The notes under the pieces are model-generated. The model worked only from the letters and a program-made list of their open reading frames with translations, did not search any database and had not been told where the DNA came from. This document shows positions 13,548 through 26,124 of a stretch of DNA of 64,000 bases, piece by piece; position 1 is the first letter of the stretch; every line of letters starts with the position of its first letter. A program made the position numbers and the translations under genes. Source of the stretch: Octopus vulgaris (taxonomy: Eukaryota); NCBI GenBank assembly GCA_951406725.2, contig OX597824.1, forward strand, positions 82,026,001 through 82,090,000, read 5' to 3'.

Positions 13548-14800
13548 GTGTCCGGATGATGGTAGTGGTGGCCGTGGTGGCCGTGGTGGCCGTGGTGGCC
13601 GTGGTGGCCGTGGTGGCCGTGGTTCTGCAGTTGATATTTGTGGTGGTGGAGGTGGTGGTGGTGGTGGTGGAGGTGGTGGTAGTGGTGGTGGTGGTGGTGG
13701 TGTTTGTATTGGTGATAATGGCGATGGTTTTGGTGTCCGGGTGATGGTAGTGGCGGCCGTGGTGCTGCAGTTGATATTTGTGATGGTGGAGGTGGTGGTG
13801 GTGGTGGTGGTGGAGGTGGTGTTAGTGGTGGTGGTGGTGGTGGTGGTGTGTTTGTATTGGTGATAATGGCGATGGTTTTGGTGCCCGGGTGATGGTAGTG
13901 GTGGCCGTGGTGCTGCAGTTGATATTTGTGGTGGTGGAGGTGGTGGTGGTGGTGGAGGTGGTGGTGGTGGTGGTGGTGGTGGTGGTGGTGTTTGCATTGG
14001 TGATAATGGCGATGGTTTTGGTGTTGTTAGAGACGATGTTGCTGTCATTGTTGATGGTTTTGTGATGGCAACGAGGATAGGATTGTTGTTGTTGTTGTTG
14101 TTGTTTGTTTGTTTGTTTTTGGTGGGGGTGGTCACATCAGAATTGGTGATGGCGTTGGTGGTGTCACTGAAGATGTCTTTGATGAGTTTGCTGTCTCGGG
14201 GATAAAGGGTGGTGGTGGTGGTGGTGGTGGTGGTGGTGATGGTGATGGTGATGTTAGTGTTGGGAGTTAGAAAAGACAGTAGTGACAGTATAGGTAATAG
14301 AGATGGTGGTGATAGTAGTGGTGGTGGTGGTGGTGGTGGTGGTGATGGTGATGGTGCCGGTGGTAGTGGTGGTCGTTGTCGTCGCCGTCGTGGCGGTGGT
14401 GGTGCCGCTCGTGATAGTGATGGCAGCGGTGGCGATGTTGGTAGTGGTAGTAGTAATGGTAGTTGTATTGGTTTTGGTGGTGGTGTTGGTGGTGGCCGCC
14501 GTGGTAATGACGGTGTTGGTGCTGGTAATGATGGCGACGATGGCATAGGTGGAGATTACGTGAGATGTTGGACATAGTGGTGTTTATAGTGATGTAGTGG
14601 TGGTGGTGGTGGTGGTGGCAGAGGTAATGCGGTGTTCATGGCGATGTGTCTGTGTTGGAGATATTAATAGCCTCGATGACATTTTGTTGTGGTGACAGTA
14701 AAGCAAGAGGTCACGACAGTGGTTGGGGTTGCAGTAGTGTTGAGAGAAGTATAATTGTTGTTGTTGTTGGTGGTGGTGGTGGTGGTGGTGCTCGAATTGG
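13548..14800. repeat. (GGT)n-rich low-complexity tract; a 150-185-bp higher-order unit x3 at 13548-14020
   Basis: CTGCAGTTGATATTTGTG and ATTGGTGATAATGGCGATGGTTTTGGTG each occur three times. Confidence 0.9.
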
Positions 14801-14934
14801 TGGTATTGGAGGTTGTGATAATTGTTGGGAGTGATTATTTGAAGATCAACCAGTGTCTTAGATATGCGTGTGTACGAGTGAGAGCTGGGAAGATCTGTCT
14901 ATTAATCTGTCTGTATTCACATTATATAACGCAG

Positions 14935-15495
14935 CTAAGGCGGCGGCAACAATTGCAGAGGTGACAGTGGTGACAGCGGCGGCAGGGTGGCCAGGGGTGG
15001 CAACTGCGGAAGCAGCGCCAGAAGTGGAAGCGGTGACAGCAGAAGCAGCGGCAGCAGCAGGGCAGCGGTAGCTGCGGCGGCAGTAGCTGGACAGTAGCAG
15101 AGGCGGTGGAGTAGTGGGGCAGCAAAAGCGGCGGTAGAAGTTGCGGCGGCGGCAGCAGTAGCGGTGGTAGCAATAGTTGCGGCGGCGGCAGTAGCGGCGG
15201 TGGCAGCAGCGGCGGCGGCAACAGCGGCGTCAGCAGCGGCGGCGGTAGCAGCGGCGTCAGCAGCGGCGGCGGTAGCAGCGGCGGGGCGGCGCACCGCCGC
15301 GGCGGGGCAGGCACCGGCGGCGGCCCGCGCGCGGCGGCGGCGGCACCAGCGGCGCGGCACCAGCGGCGGCGGCACGCGGCGGCGGCACCAGCGGCGGCGG
15401 CACCAGCGGCGGCCGAAGCCACGCAGTGGCTGTAGAGTGGTGCCAGTGGTATTGGTGGTATTGGTGGTGGTGGCGGTGGTGGTGATGGTAGCAGT
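14935..15495. repeat. GC-rich (GCG/GCA)n low-complexity tract
   Basis: Direct inspection. Confidence 0.9.
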
Positions 15496-15774
15496 TCGAT
15501 CGTCCTATCAAACCAAAGTAGGATTCAATCATTTTATTTTATTTATTATTTTATTCTTCACTTTACTGACAGATTGTCACCATTTTTCAAGGGCGTGATA
15601 CGGGAATGTGCAGGGCTAGTATATTTACCACAACGTATCCCATCCTTCTCTCGAACAGTTCTTCTAACTTACTGCTCTAAATTTATCTTATATCTTATGT
15701 CCTTTACTTGGACTGCGGCGGCCATGGTGGGACACCGCATAGACGGGTTTTAGTCGAGCAAATTGCCAAGTCGG

Positions 15775-16045
15775 GTTAGATGTGGAGCCATGCGCCTTTT
15801 CAGCGCGTCGTTGCACCCACTCTTCTGAGCAATCCTCAGAGCTGTGTCCCGTCAGCTCCTATCTCAGTGAAATACTTCGTCAACTGCCATGTCAATGAAG
15901 TATGTGACCGACCAACAGAAACTGTCGCCCCAGCTGGATCTTCAGAAGAGAACATAATGTGCAGCATCTAACTCGGAAAATCAAGCAATATGACCAACCA
16001 GTCTGAACTGACGCTCCTGAATCATACAAGAAATAGAACGCATGG
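15775..16045 (-). mobile_element. Degraded RTE-clade LINE 3' fragment
   Basis: Manual translation MRSISCMIQERQFRLVGHIA*FSELDAAHYVL, an RQLRxFGHxAR-type motif. Confidence 0.6.
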
Positions 16046-16656
16046 ATCTTTTCTAAAGGATGGACAGAATGTTCTACTTAACTAAATAATTTGAAACTTC
16101 GTATACTGGTAGAATGTGTCAAAAGACAACATTAATTTCAATTAGTTCTTTTGAGAAAAATCTATTTTGTAACTTTTACGTAGTTTAATTCTTCGAAGTT
16201 TAACCAATCGTATTCTCTGTTTTGAGCTCAATTCATTTTCAGAACAATGACCAAATATATTCCAGACTTTACCATGCCATCCCCTCCTGCCCTCTGTCTC
16301 AATCTCACACCCTCTCTCAGTTTCTTTCCTTCTCTCTCACCTTCTCTCACTTCTCTTTCATTCTATCTCCCTCTCTCTCCCTCTCCATGTTATTCAGTCT
16401 GTCTGTATTACTCCCCTTTTCGCTTTCTCTCTCTTTCTCTCTTTTACTTTCTTTCTCTATCCCATTCTTCCCATGTCCGTCTGTCTCTTTCAGTCTTTCG
16501 CTCTCTCAGTCTTCTTTTTCTGCCTATCCCTTTCGCTTTTTCTCTCAATTTCTCACTCTCTGTTTCTTTATGTATGTATGTATGTATGTATGTATGTATG
16601 TATGTATGTATGTATGTATGTATGTATGTATGTATGTATGTATGTATGTATGTATG

Positions 16657-16758
<102 letters not shown>

Positions 16759-16771
16759 CTCTCTCTCTATT

Positions 16772-16827
<56 letters not shown>

Positions 16828-17246
16828 CATCCATCTATCCATCCATCTATCCATCCATCTATCCATCCATCTATTTATCCATCTGTCTGTTTGTCTGTCT
16901 GTATCTATCTATCTATCTCATTGATTACCCAAAATCTCGAACTATTTGAAAACTTGACTCGGCCTTTTGACATGACATAAGCATGTCAAAAAGCCTGCAA
17001 AAATCTCCCACAGAACATTGATCCGACTGCTATTTCTAGGAGGACGAATTAAGGTGCAGGCGTTTAATCATTAGCACGCTACGCTGGGAAGTGGGAGATA
17101 CAGAAGTATGTATGTACAAAACGGCTGCAGCGTTTTATTGTTGTATCGATCGATAACGAATGAAACCCTGGTGCATTACTTGAGGCACGATAAATATGCA
17201 CCAAGGTAAGGGATGCAACAGAATGTAAGCCAACGGTATGAGAATT

Positions 17247-17665
17247 AAGGCGGCGAGCTGGCAGAAACGTTAGCACGCCGGGCGAAATGCTTAGCGGTAT
17301 TTCGTCTGCGTTACGTTGTGGGTTCGAATTCCGCCGAGGTCGACTTTGCCTTTCATCCTTTCGGGGTCGATAAATTAAGTACCAGTTACGCACTGGGGTC
17401 GATGTAATCGACTTAATACCTATGTCTGTCCTTGTTTGTCCTCTCTGTGTTTAGCCCCTTGTGGGTAATAAAGAAATAGGTATTTCGTCTGCGTTACGTT
17501 GTGGGTTCGAATTCCGCCGAGGTCGACTTTGCCTTTCATTCTTTCGGGGTCGATAAATTAAGTACCAGTTACGCACTGGGGTCGATGTAATCGACTTAAT
17601 ACCTATGTCTGTCCTTGTTTGTCCCCTCTGTGTTTAGCCCCTGGTGGGTAATAAAGAAATAGGTA
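17247..17665 (+). mobile_element. SINE family B dimer (head + 2 x 183-bp units)
   Basis: Units start at 17297 and 17480; TSD GGTATGAGAAT at 17235-17245 and 17662-17672. Confidence 0.9.
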
Positions 17666-17753
17666 TGAGAATGGGAACACACAGCCATACGTACACACAC
17701 AGGCAGACAGGCAGGCAGAGAGACAAACAAACAAACAGACTGATAGATTGATG

Positions 17754-17819
<66 letters not shown>

Positions 17820-17838
17820 AATAGAGAGAGAGAGAGAG

Positions 17839-17877
<39 letters not shown>

Positions 17878-17988
17878 CAGATAGATAGATTAATTGATAT
17901 ACGCACCATACATATATATACATATAACTGCATGTCTATCTATCTATCTATCTCTGTCTTCCTATCTCTTTCTCTCTATCTATCTGTG

Positions 17989-18041
<53 letters not shown>

Positions 18042-18206
18042 CGTTTTGGGAATTGGTTTGCAAGATTCTTTATTTGAGTTCGTGTGTTAAAGCATATTCT
18101 GCTTTTTTCGTGGGAGAGTCATTTTCTTTTTTTGCTTTAACATTTAACTTAAGACTATTGAAAATGTTGCAAGACACAACGAAAATTACTCTCCCCAGAC
18201 ACAACA

Positions 18207-18272
<66 letters not shown>

Positions 18273-18459
18273 TGTTTGTGCGTGTGTGTGTATGAGTGTG
18301 TGTGTGCGTGTGTGTGGCGTGTGTGTGTGTGAGTGTGTGCGGGCGTGTGTGTGAGTGTGTGCGTGCGTGTGTGTGTTTATGCGTGCGTGTGTGTGTGTGT
18401 ATGTATGTATGTATGTATGTATGTATGTATGCATGCATGTATGTATGTATGTGCGTGCA

Positions 18460-18661
18460 TATGTTTGTATGTTTGTTTTTGTCCCAAAACATCGCTTGAC
18501 AACCGATACTGGTGTGCTTACGTTCCCGCAACTTAGCAATTGGGCAAAACAGACCGATAGAATAAGTACTAGGATTAGAAAGAATAAGTCCTGGGATCGA
18601 TTTGGTCAACTAGAGCCGGTGCTCCAGCATAGTCGCAGTCAAATGACTGAAACAAGTAAAA

Positions 18662-18663
<2 letters not shown>
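18460..18663 (+). mobile_element. SINE family A, 3' half
   Basis: Similar to about 500-720. Confidence 0.8.
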
Positions 18664-18716
<53 letters not shown>

Positions 18717-18729
18717 ATATATTAAAGAT

Positions 18730-20490
18730 ATATATATGGCTGATAAAAGATTAGAGATCTTGATTTCGATTATGAATCTTATCTTATCAAATATTAGTAA
18801 GAATTGATTAAAGTTTAAATTAAAAACAGTTTATTTTCTGTTTGGGAGTCAATGACATGTCTCGCGATCTTTTGTTGAAGTCTTCTTCAAAGATGGTTTG
18901 GTACAGAGTTCAAGATGTTACGGAGGGTGTGTAGGTGTCTATTGTCTAAAAGGAATCTCAGTAGATGGATTCTTGTCAATTAGTAGCTTAAAAGCATTTA
19001 TATAGCTACACATATTCAAAAATTAGGGAATAGTCCAGGCTAAATGTGTTTCATAGCTAGCGGAACCTCGGAACTAGTAAATTATCCAAACGAAGGTTAG
19101 ACCGGAAGCTACTCTTCCTGCAAAAGATTATTTGATTATATGAAGTTTACATTGTGGTTTGGTGATCCTGTGTTAATTTGTTGGGGGTTCGATCGAATCA
19201 CAAGCGAGAATATATGGGATTCTTGGCCCCAAGAGAAACTTACAGTCTACTCTTTGTTTGGATAATTTACTAACTCCGAGGTACCGCTAACTTTGAAACA
19301 TATGTAGCCTTAACTTTATTTACTCGATTTCCTAATATTTGAATGTTTATTTGCATATACAACAACGCCTGTTGCTAACCGTGAACTATAAAATTAATTT
19401 CATATATAAAGGTTAGATCCAAGGATCAAATTGAAGAGAATTAGTGAGCTTCAAGCAATGCGTCGAAGATAAATAAGAGAACTAATTGGAACAATAACGG
19501 TTTATTGGCGCAGAACACTATGAATTTTTCCGTATCGAAATACGATAAGCTGAACAAATTTGTGTGAGTGTGTACAGAATAATATATCAGTTGAATAATT
19601 TAAAGCATGGTTTGGTTTTCACGTTTTTTCTAATGGTATTTTAACATTAAAAATATATGTTATAATTGAAGAAAATGGATATAACAACAATGGGAGATTC
19701 GTGGATTACGTTGGCATGTCTTTAATTAAATAGGTAACAAAAAAGTAAGAAGCAGAGATGAGAGTGGCATTTACGATCGTTTCGATTTACTGGTTGAAGT
19801 AAATCTCTTCAGAATGCTATTATAGATAGATGCATCGGTTAGGGTGCGAAAATAATTGAACATATGTGATGAAAATGTAAACGAAGTGGTAATTCTTACA
19901 TTGAAATTTTGTTCTGGCTCTGGTAAATTCGCTAGGCAGAGGTTTGCTTTTGATTCATACAGTTCAGTTAGTGCTTCCATACGTTCGTAGTAATCATCAG
20001 ATTACAAAATCTATTTAACTGACAGTTGAGTTCTTGACATCTGTAGTACCTCTCAGAACGCTCTACCAAGCTGAATTTTGGGAATAGCTTTTTGACCAAT
20101 CTGCACGCATCTTAAACGTCATGGTTTGCCGGGCGTATCGATATTGTGTAATTTGTTTATATTCATATGCTAAAGATATTTTAAAATCTACGTCATTAAA
20201 TGATTGTTATATTATTGTTGTTTTTCCCGTTCAGAGCAGGTTTGAACATTTTAATAAACGGTTTTTCTTTTATCTTTCTTCCAAATTTACTTGTCATATA
20301 GTTTGTGGAAAGGGAAAATTAGAAACATTTTCTGACCACAGGTTTGAACGTGTTCACTTAATGAAATTTGGCGAATATTGGTGTTCCGGATTTGTTGTCT
20401 GTTGACTCGTGAGCGTTTTGATAATTTATTCACTGTCTCACCTGTATATATTTCCTCGCAATTCGGGCATTTACTGCAGTGAACATCACA
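18730..20490 (-). mobile_element. Degraded Penelope-like element: GIY-YIG remnant plus downstream region with hammerheads
   Basis: 20229-20472 translates KCPNCEEIYTGETVNKLSKRSRVNRQQIR...LSEHVQTC...FPF / RKIKEKPFIKMFKPALN; hammerhead at 19767-19817 and a relic at about 18851-18893. The lower boundary is uncertain. Confidence 0.7.
19767..19817 (-). ncRNA. Minimal type I hammerhead ribozyme, canonical core
   Basis: GCAUU-CUGAAGA-GAUUUACU(UCAACC)AGUAAAUC-GAAAC(GAUC)GUA/AAUGC: 5-bp stem I, 8-bp stem II, palindromic ACGAUCGU stem III, GUA cleavage triplet. Confidence 0.88.
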
Positions 20491-20562
20491 AAATATTTCT
20501 TTAATGTTAAAATACTATAATAGAAAAAAGTGAAAACTACATAATATTTTAACTTTATTCAA

Positions 20563-20618
<56 letters not shown>

Positions 20619-20661
20619 TACATATATACATATATATATATACATACACACGGACACACAC

Positions 20662-20695
<34 letters not shown>

Positions 20696-20716
20696 GTGTA
20701 TATATATATCTATCTA

Positions 20717-20762
<46 letters not shown>

Positions 20763-20860
20763 TATGTGTATATATGTATATGCGTGTGTGTGTATGGGGT
20801 CGAGATGTACCGACATGCCTTCTCCTCCTTCCAAATTGCCTTGTGCCTATAGTAGAAAGG

Positions 20861-20923
<63 letters not shown>

Positions 20924-21078
20924 TTGCATGCAATTCACCAACGAATATATACAATACACGCGCAAAGACACAAACACTTATGTACATACATATGTATTTA
21001 TATATGTGCGTGTGTGTCTGTATTATATATGGATCTATATGTATGCATATATATAAATACACACACACTGACGCGCGC

Positions 21079-21116
<38 letters not shown>

Positions 21117-21509
21117 TGCATGCTTCTAGTGCGTGTGGTGCGTGTGGTGTAGGTGTCGTATGGCCAAATGAGCAAAAACTAGCTAGGCAGCTAGCTAGGA
21201 GTTCTTGCGTTCGATCCACCCACCCAGCACATTGAACAGCTTTTTTTTTCTATACGTTCAGATCAACCCATAACTGCTGAATTCAATTTCGTTAAATGAA
21301 TTCTGTATAGAAGTTCACCGGGATAGATTCTATCTGTAATTTTTATTACCATTCTCAGGCATTTCTCATGCCTCGTTTTCGTTTCACTTATGCAAATAAC
21401 CTAGATCATAAATGTGTTCTACTCCTTATTTGTCTAATCATATCATCTCCTGAAGTAAACGTAGAACAATTGCTGTGCTGATGACATCTGTTAAAGCACA
21501 AACATACCT

Positions 21510-21905
21510 TTACTCTTTACTCTTTTACTTGTATCAGTCATTTGACTGTGGCCATGCTGGTGCACCGGACTTATTCCCCAGGAGTTATTCTTTGTAAGCC
21601 TAGTACTTATTCTATCGGTCTCTTTTGCCGAGCCGCTAAGTTACGGGGACGTAAACACACCAGCATCGGTTGTCAAGCGACGTTGGCGGCGGGGAGGGGG
21701 ACAAACACAGACATACAAACACACGCACACACACATATACACATGTATACGACGGGCTTCTTTCAGTTTCCGTCTACCAAATCCACTCACAAGGCTTTGG
21801 TCGGCCCGAGGCTATAATAGAACACACTTGCCCAAGGTGTCACGCAGTGGGACTGAACTAGGAACCATGTGGTTGTTAAGCAAGCGACTTACCACACAGC
21901 CACTC
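21510..21905 (-). mobile_element. SINE family A
   Basis: Reverse-complement match to 308-720. Confidence 0.85.
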
Positions 21906-22135
21906 TCACAAAATATATAGTTAAATAAAAGCTGGTGTTACGGTTTATTTTTGTCCAATCCCTGTAAAAATGTATGAATGAGAATGTGTGTCTGTGTGTG
22001 TGTGTGTCTGTGTGTGTGTGTGTGTGTGTGAGTGTGTGCGTGCTAGTGCATGCGTCTATGTACACATTCATAAATAAATATATATATATGTGCGTGTGCG
22101 CATACACATACACACACACAAACACAAACAAAACA

Positions 22136-22200
<65 letters not shown>

Positions 22201-22342
22201 GCACACACGCACATACATACACACATTAACATATAGCCTTTAGTTATTGTGTCCTTGAAAAGTGACGGTTTGGTATTCTGCTGAACAAAGCATTGGTGAC
22301 ATATTGTCAGGGACGGCACGTCGGGAAGGTGACAGGTTGCAG

Positions 22343-22348
22343 GAGAGA

Positions 22349-22440
<92 letters not shown>

Positions 22441-22460
22441 GAGAAAAGAAAGAAAGAAAG

Positions 22461-22543
<83 letters not shown>

Positions 22544-22566
22544 AAGAAAGAGAGAGAGAGAGAGAG

Positions 22567-22619
<53 letters not shown>

Positions 22620-22656
22620 AAGAGAGAGAGATAGAAAGAGAGAGATAGAGAGAGAG

Positions 22657-22733
<77 letters not shown>

Positions 22734-22742
22734 TAGAGAGAG

Positions 22743-22803
<61 letters not shown>

Positions 22804-22805
22804 AA
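22343..22805. repeat. Almost pure purine (GA)n/(GAAA)n tract
   Basis: Direct inspection. Confidence 0.95.
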
Positions 22806-22881
22806 GTGTGCCTTTGCATGTTTGCATAGCTGCATGTGTGTTCTTGTGTTTGTTTTGCTTTTACATGTATACCTGTATACG

Positions 22882-22940
<59 letters not shown>

Positions 22941-23149
22941 CTGTCTGGTTGTGTATGTATGTGTGTTTGTTTGTCTTTGTGTCTGTGTGTGGGAGGGTAT
23001 GTGTCTGTGTGTGTATATGCATGTGTGTGTATATGCATGTGTGTAGTGTTGACGTGGTGTTTTGAAACCAGAATTTGATGATGCAACGAACGATGAAGAA
23101 TTCGGTGATATGTCGAAGATTAAACGCATCTGGTGAGAATTCGAGTGAA

Positions 23150-23465
23150 AATTCCATAAACGAGGTTAGAAATACGTACTTCTTGAGGCTTTCTCCACCT
23201 CCAACAGGAAAAAGATAACAAAAAATAACAAAAAACAAAAGAATATTGAAGAAACGGACATTTCAATCTCCAATGTTTTTATCTCCAGTTTCATTCTATG
23301 ACGAGAATGGTAGTTACAGATTCTGAATTCGATGCCAGTCCGTCGCAGGTTGTATTTACTCATGGATGGCATGATCCCCGATCTGCAGTACCTAAGAACC
23401 TATCGACCTAATCTTTTATCTTTCCAAAGATAATCAAGTTTTGGTGCCCGCTATTTTTGGGAGGG
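23150..23465 (+). mobile_element. Degraded LINE fragment related to 25185-25465
   Basis: Shared blocks, e.g. ACTTCTTGAG.CTTTCTCC.CCTCCA, TTTCATTCTATGACGA, CAGTCCGTCG.AGGTT, ATCTTTTATCTTTC. Confidence 0.55.
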
Positions 23466-23534
23466 TCGCGGGAGAAGATTCCTCTGATAATTCCTGCGTA
23501 ATTTACTTACGATCCTATTAGAAATATCCGTATG

Positions 23535-23705
23535 AAGGCGGCGAGCTGGCAGAAACGTTAGCACGCCGGACGAAATTCTTAGCAGTATTTCGTCTGCCGA
23601 TACGTTCTGAGTTCAAATTTCGCCGACGTCGACTTTGCCTTTCATCCTTTCGGGGTCGATAAATTAAGTACCAGTTATGCACTGGGGTCGACGTCATCGA
23701 CTTAT
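23535..23705 (+). mobile_element. SINE family B, 3'-shortened monomer
   Basis: Head, B-box and core present; flanked by GAAATATCC direct repeats. Confidence 0.85.
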
Positions 23706-23763
23706 CTTTCGAAATATCCATTCCAACTGCTTAAATATTTGTCATGCTCCACTTTATTACATA

Positions 23764-24152
23764 CTAGCAGTATCGCCCGGCGTTGCTCGGGTTTGTTTCG
23801 ACCCTTTCGAATTGGAATTTTGAAAAGTAAAAATGTTGTATAATGTAGCTTGTTAATCTCTTTAAGTGAACATTTTTCTGGTTGAAATACACCGAAAAAT
23901 GGCGACACTGCAGTAAAAAAATCGTAAAAAATAGGGATTTTCGTAGTAAAAAAGTACCTTTTTGATGTAAATAATTTTTGGTGTTAATATGGTCAGATTT
24001 GAATTTTATCTTCTACAGAATGAAAAGCAAGCCTTCTTCTATCATACTCTCAATTTTGGTAAACTTGCGCCGCAGGGTCTCGGAGGAGATAGTGTTTGTT
24101 GAAGGCTACCAAAACTGCCATACACAGACAACTTTTGCTTTATATATATAGA
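23764..24152 (-). mobile_element. Non-autonomous Helitron (389 bp)
   Basis: Minus strand starts TC(TATATATATAAAGC) and ends with hairpin CCCGAGCAACGCCGGG then CTAG; inserted between A and T with no TSD. Confidence 0.88.
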
Positions 24153-24599
24153 TTATTGCAAAAAAAAAAAGACACGCTAGAACGCCGGAAAAAATGCTTT
24201 GTGGTATTTTTTCCGGTCCTTTCCTTTCTGAGTCCAATCCTGATGAGCTCAACTTAGCGTTTCGTCTAACCAAAGTTGATAAAATAAACTACCTGTCAAG
24301 TACTGAGATCGATGTAATCGATCAGTCATATCTACTCAGAATTGCTGGCCTCGTGCCAAAATTAGAAACAGTTATTAAAGAGTGGGCGGTGGATAATCAA
24401 AGAATATTTAAGGCGTCGGAAAAATGCTTTGTTTTGACACTTTATGTTCAGAGCTCAAATCCTGGTGAGGTTAAATTTGCCTTTCATCTCTCAAGGGTCG
24501 ATAAAATGAAGTGCACGTTAAGTACTGGGTTGAATGGTATGAACTAATCGCCTTCCCTGAAAATTGCAGAGATTGTGGCTAAATTGGAAAGAAAAAGAA

Positions 24600-24601
24600 G
24601 T

Positions 24602-24638
<37 letters not shown>

Positions 24639-24820
24639 TATGATGATGATGATGATGATGATGGTGGTGATGATGATGATGATGATGATGATGATGGTGA
24701 TGGTGATGATGGTGATGGTGATGATGGTGATGATGATAACGATGTGGATGATGATGATGATGATGATGACGATGATGATGATAAAGATGATGATAATTAT
24801 GATGATGATGATGATGGTGT
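24600..24820. repeat. (GAT)n microsatellite
   Basis: Direct inspection. Confidence 0.95.
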
Positions 24821-25059
24821 CGATTGTTGTCGTTCATTACTGTAGCCTAACGTGTTTTAGATCTTCGTAAGTGTGTTTCTTGTTTTCTTCATCTATCCCC
24901 GACGGAATAAGTGATTGCAGAGGGAATATTAAGAAAAGAAAAGTCTACAAAAAAAAAAAAACCCACAAAACATCCACAACGAGTCGGAAGGACGCAACAC
25001 CTGCTCTTCCGCATTAGTGTTGTAAGACGTCCTTCTGTCTTTCTTCTTTTTACTAAACA

Positions 25060-25860
25060 TAGCATTAGTCAAAATAGGCAGCGTGAATGCACGTGGAGTG
25101 AGGCTGGCCATAAAGAAAAGCTTCATGCTCAACAACATAATACCATGAGATATAGATGTGACGTCCACCAGAGTAAAAACTCCAGAGACGGGATTGGAAC
25201 TAAGCACTTCTTGAGCCTTTCTCCGCCTCCAGCAAGAAAAAAAAATATCAAAGAAACAGATGTCCCAGTCTCCAGACTTTTTATCCCCAATTTCATTCTA
25301 TGACGAATGACAGTTACATCTTCTGAATTCGACGCACAGTCCGTCGTAGGTTACTCTTACTCATGGAGGATATGATACTTGATTCCCAGTAGCCAAGAAC
25401 TTATTGATCTGATCTTTTATCTTTCGAAAAACTATCAATAATCGCCGCCAACTATTCCTGGGAAAGTAGCGAAAACAGTCTAACAGCCGTTGAAGTGATC
25501 AACCGTCAACGACAAATGACGGATCGAGCTGGAAAAGTTGACTAAAATAGAATTGATAAAGTTTAATAACTATATAGCAATAGAGAAAAACTAGACTAAA
25601 AGAAGACCTACGTAGATACCAAGAACCCGCTCGATGGTTCTAGGCGATTGAAGCGCAACGTGGTAACAAAATATATTCAGTCTTTAGCAGACAATGGCGA
25701 GCTGAAGCTACAGGATTTTACGAAAATGTGTTCAATTTTTCTGTGGTGCATTGCAAAGCAGTTACAGAGAATTCAAATCGAATCGCAAGGTGGACTTCAG
25801 TACTAACTTCAATGATAGTCAGATTTGCTCTGCATCCGATGGCATTCGCCATCTCTACTC
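25060..25860 (+). mobile_element. Degraded L1/Tx1-like LINE ORF2 (APE endonuclease start and linker)
   Basis: VKIGSVNARGVRLAIKKSFMLNNIIP*DIDV resembles the APE N-terminal motif (S/T)xNxRG...D(I/V); later AIEAQRGNK / YIQSLADNG. Confidence 0.55.
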
Positions 25861-26124
25861 GACCTTTCAGATATGATTTCCTCTCGGTCCATTACTGAGT
25901 GAGACTAGCTACCCTGCTTGTAACCCCTTTCCAAATTCTAGTACAAATGAAGGTCTGGGTCAAACCAGACACCGAGCAACTGCCATTGGTCGGTCTGTCC
26001 ATCGACCTAATACATTGTAGTTTGGCATGTCTTAGCTCTACAGCTGCCGAGTCGCAGACCTGTCGACTTGTTCGGATTTTATCTTAGTTCCTGCCATCGC
26101 TTGGTATTCCTTTAAAATGGAAAT

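Noticed and set aside
13512-14546. 344-aa Pro/Thr-rich ORF (formin- or extensin-like)
   Set aside because: Product of (GGT)n repeats; no domain and no splice or codon evidence
18150-18190. Hammerhead-like TTGAAAA-GTTGC(AAGAC)RCAAC-GAAA (also about 60900-60930, minus)
   Set aside because: Two core mismatches and an unclear stem III; at most a relic, so not counted
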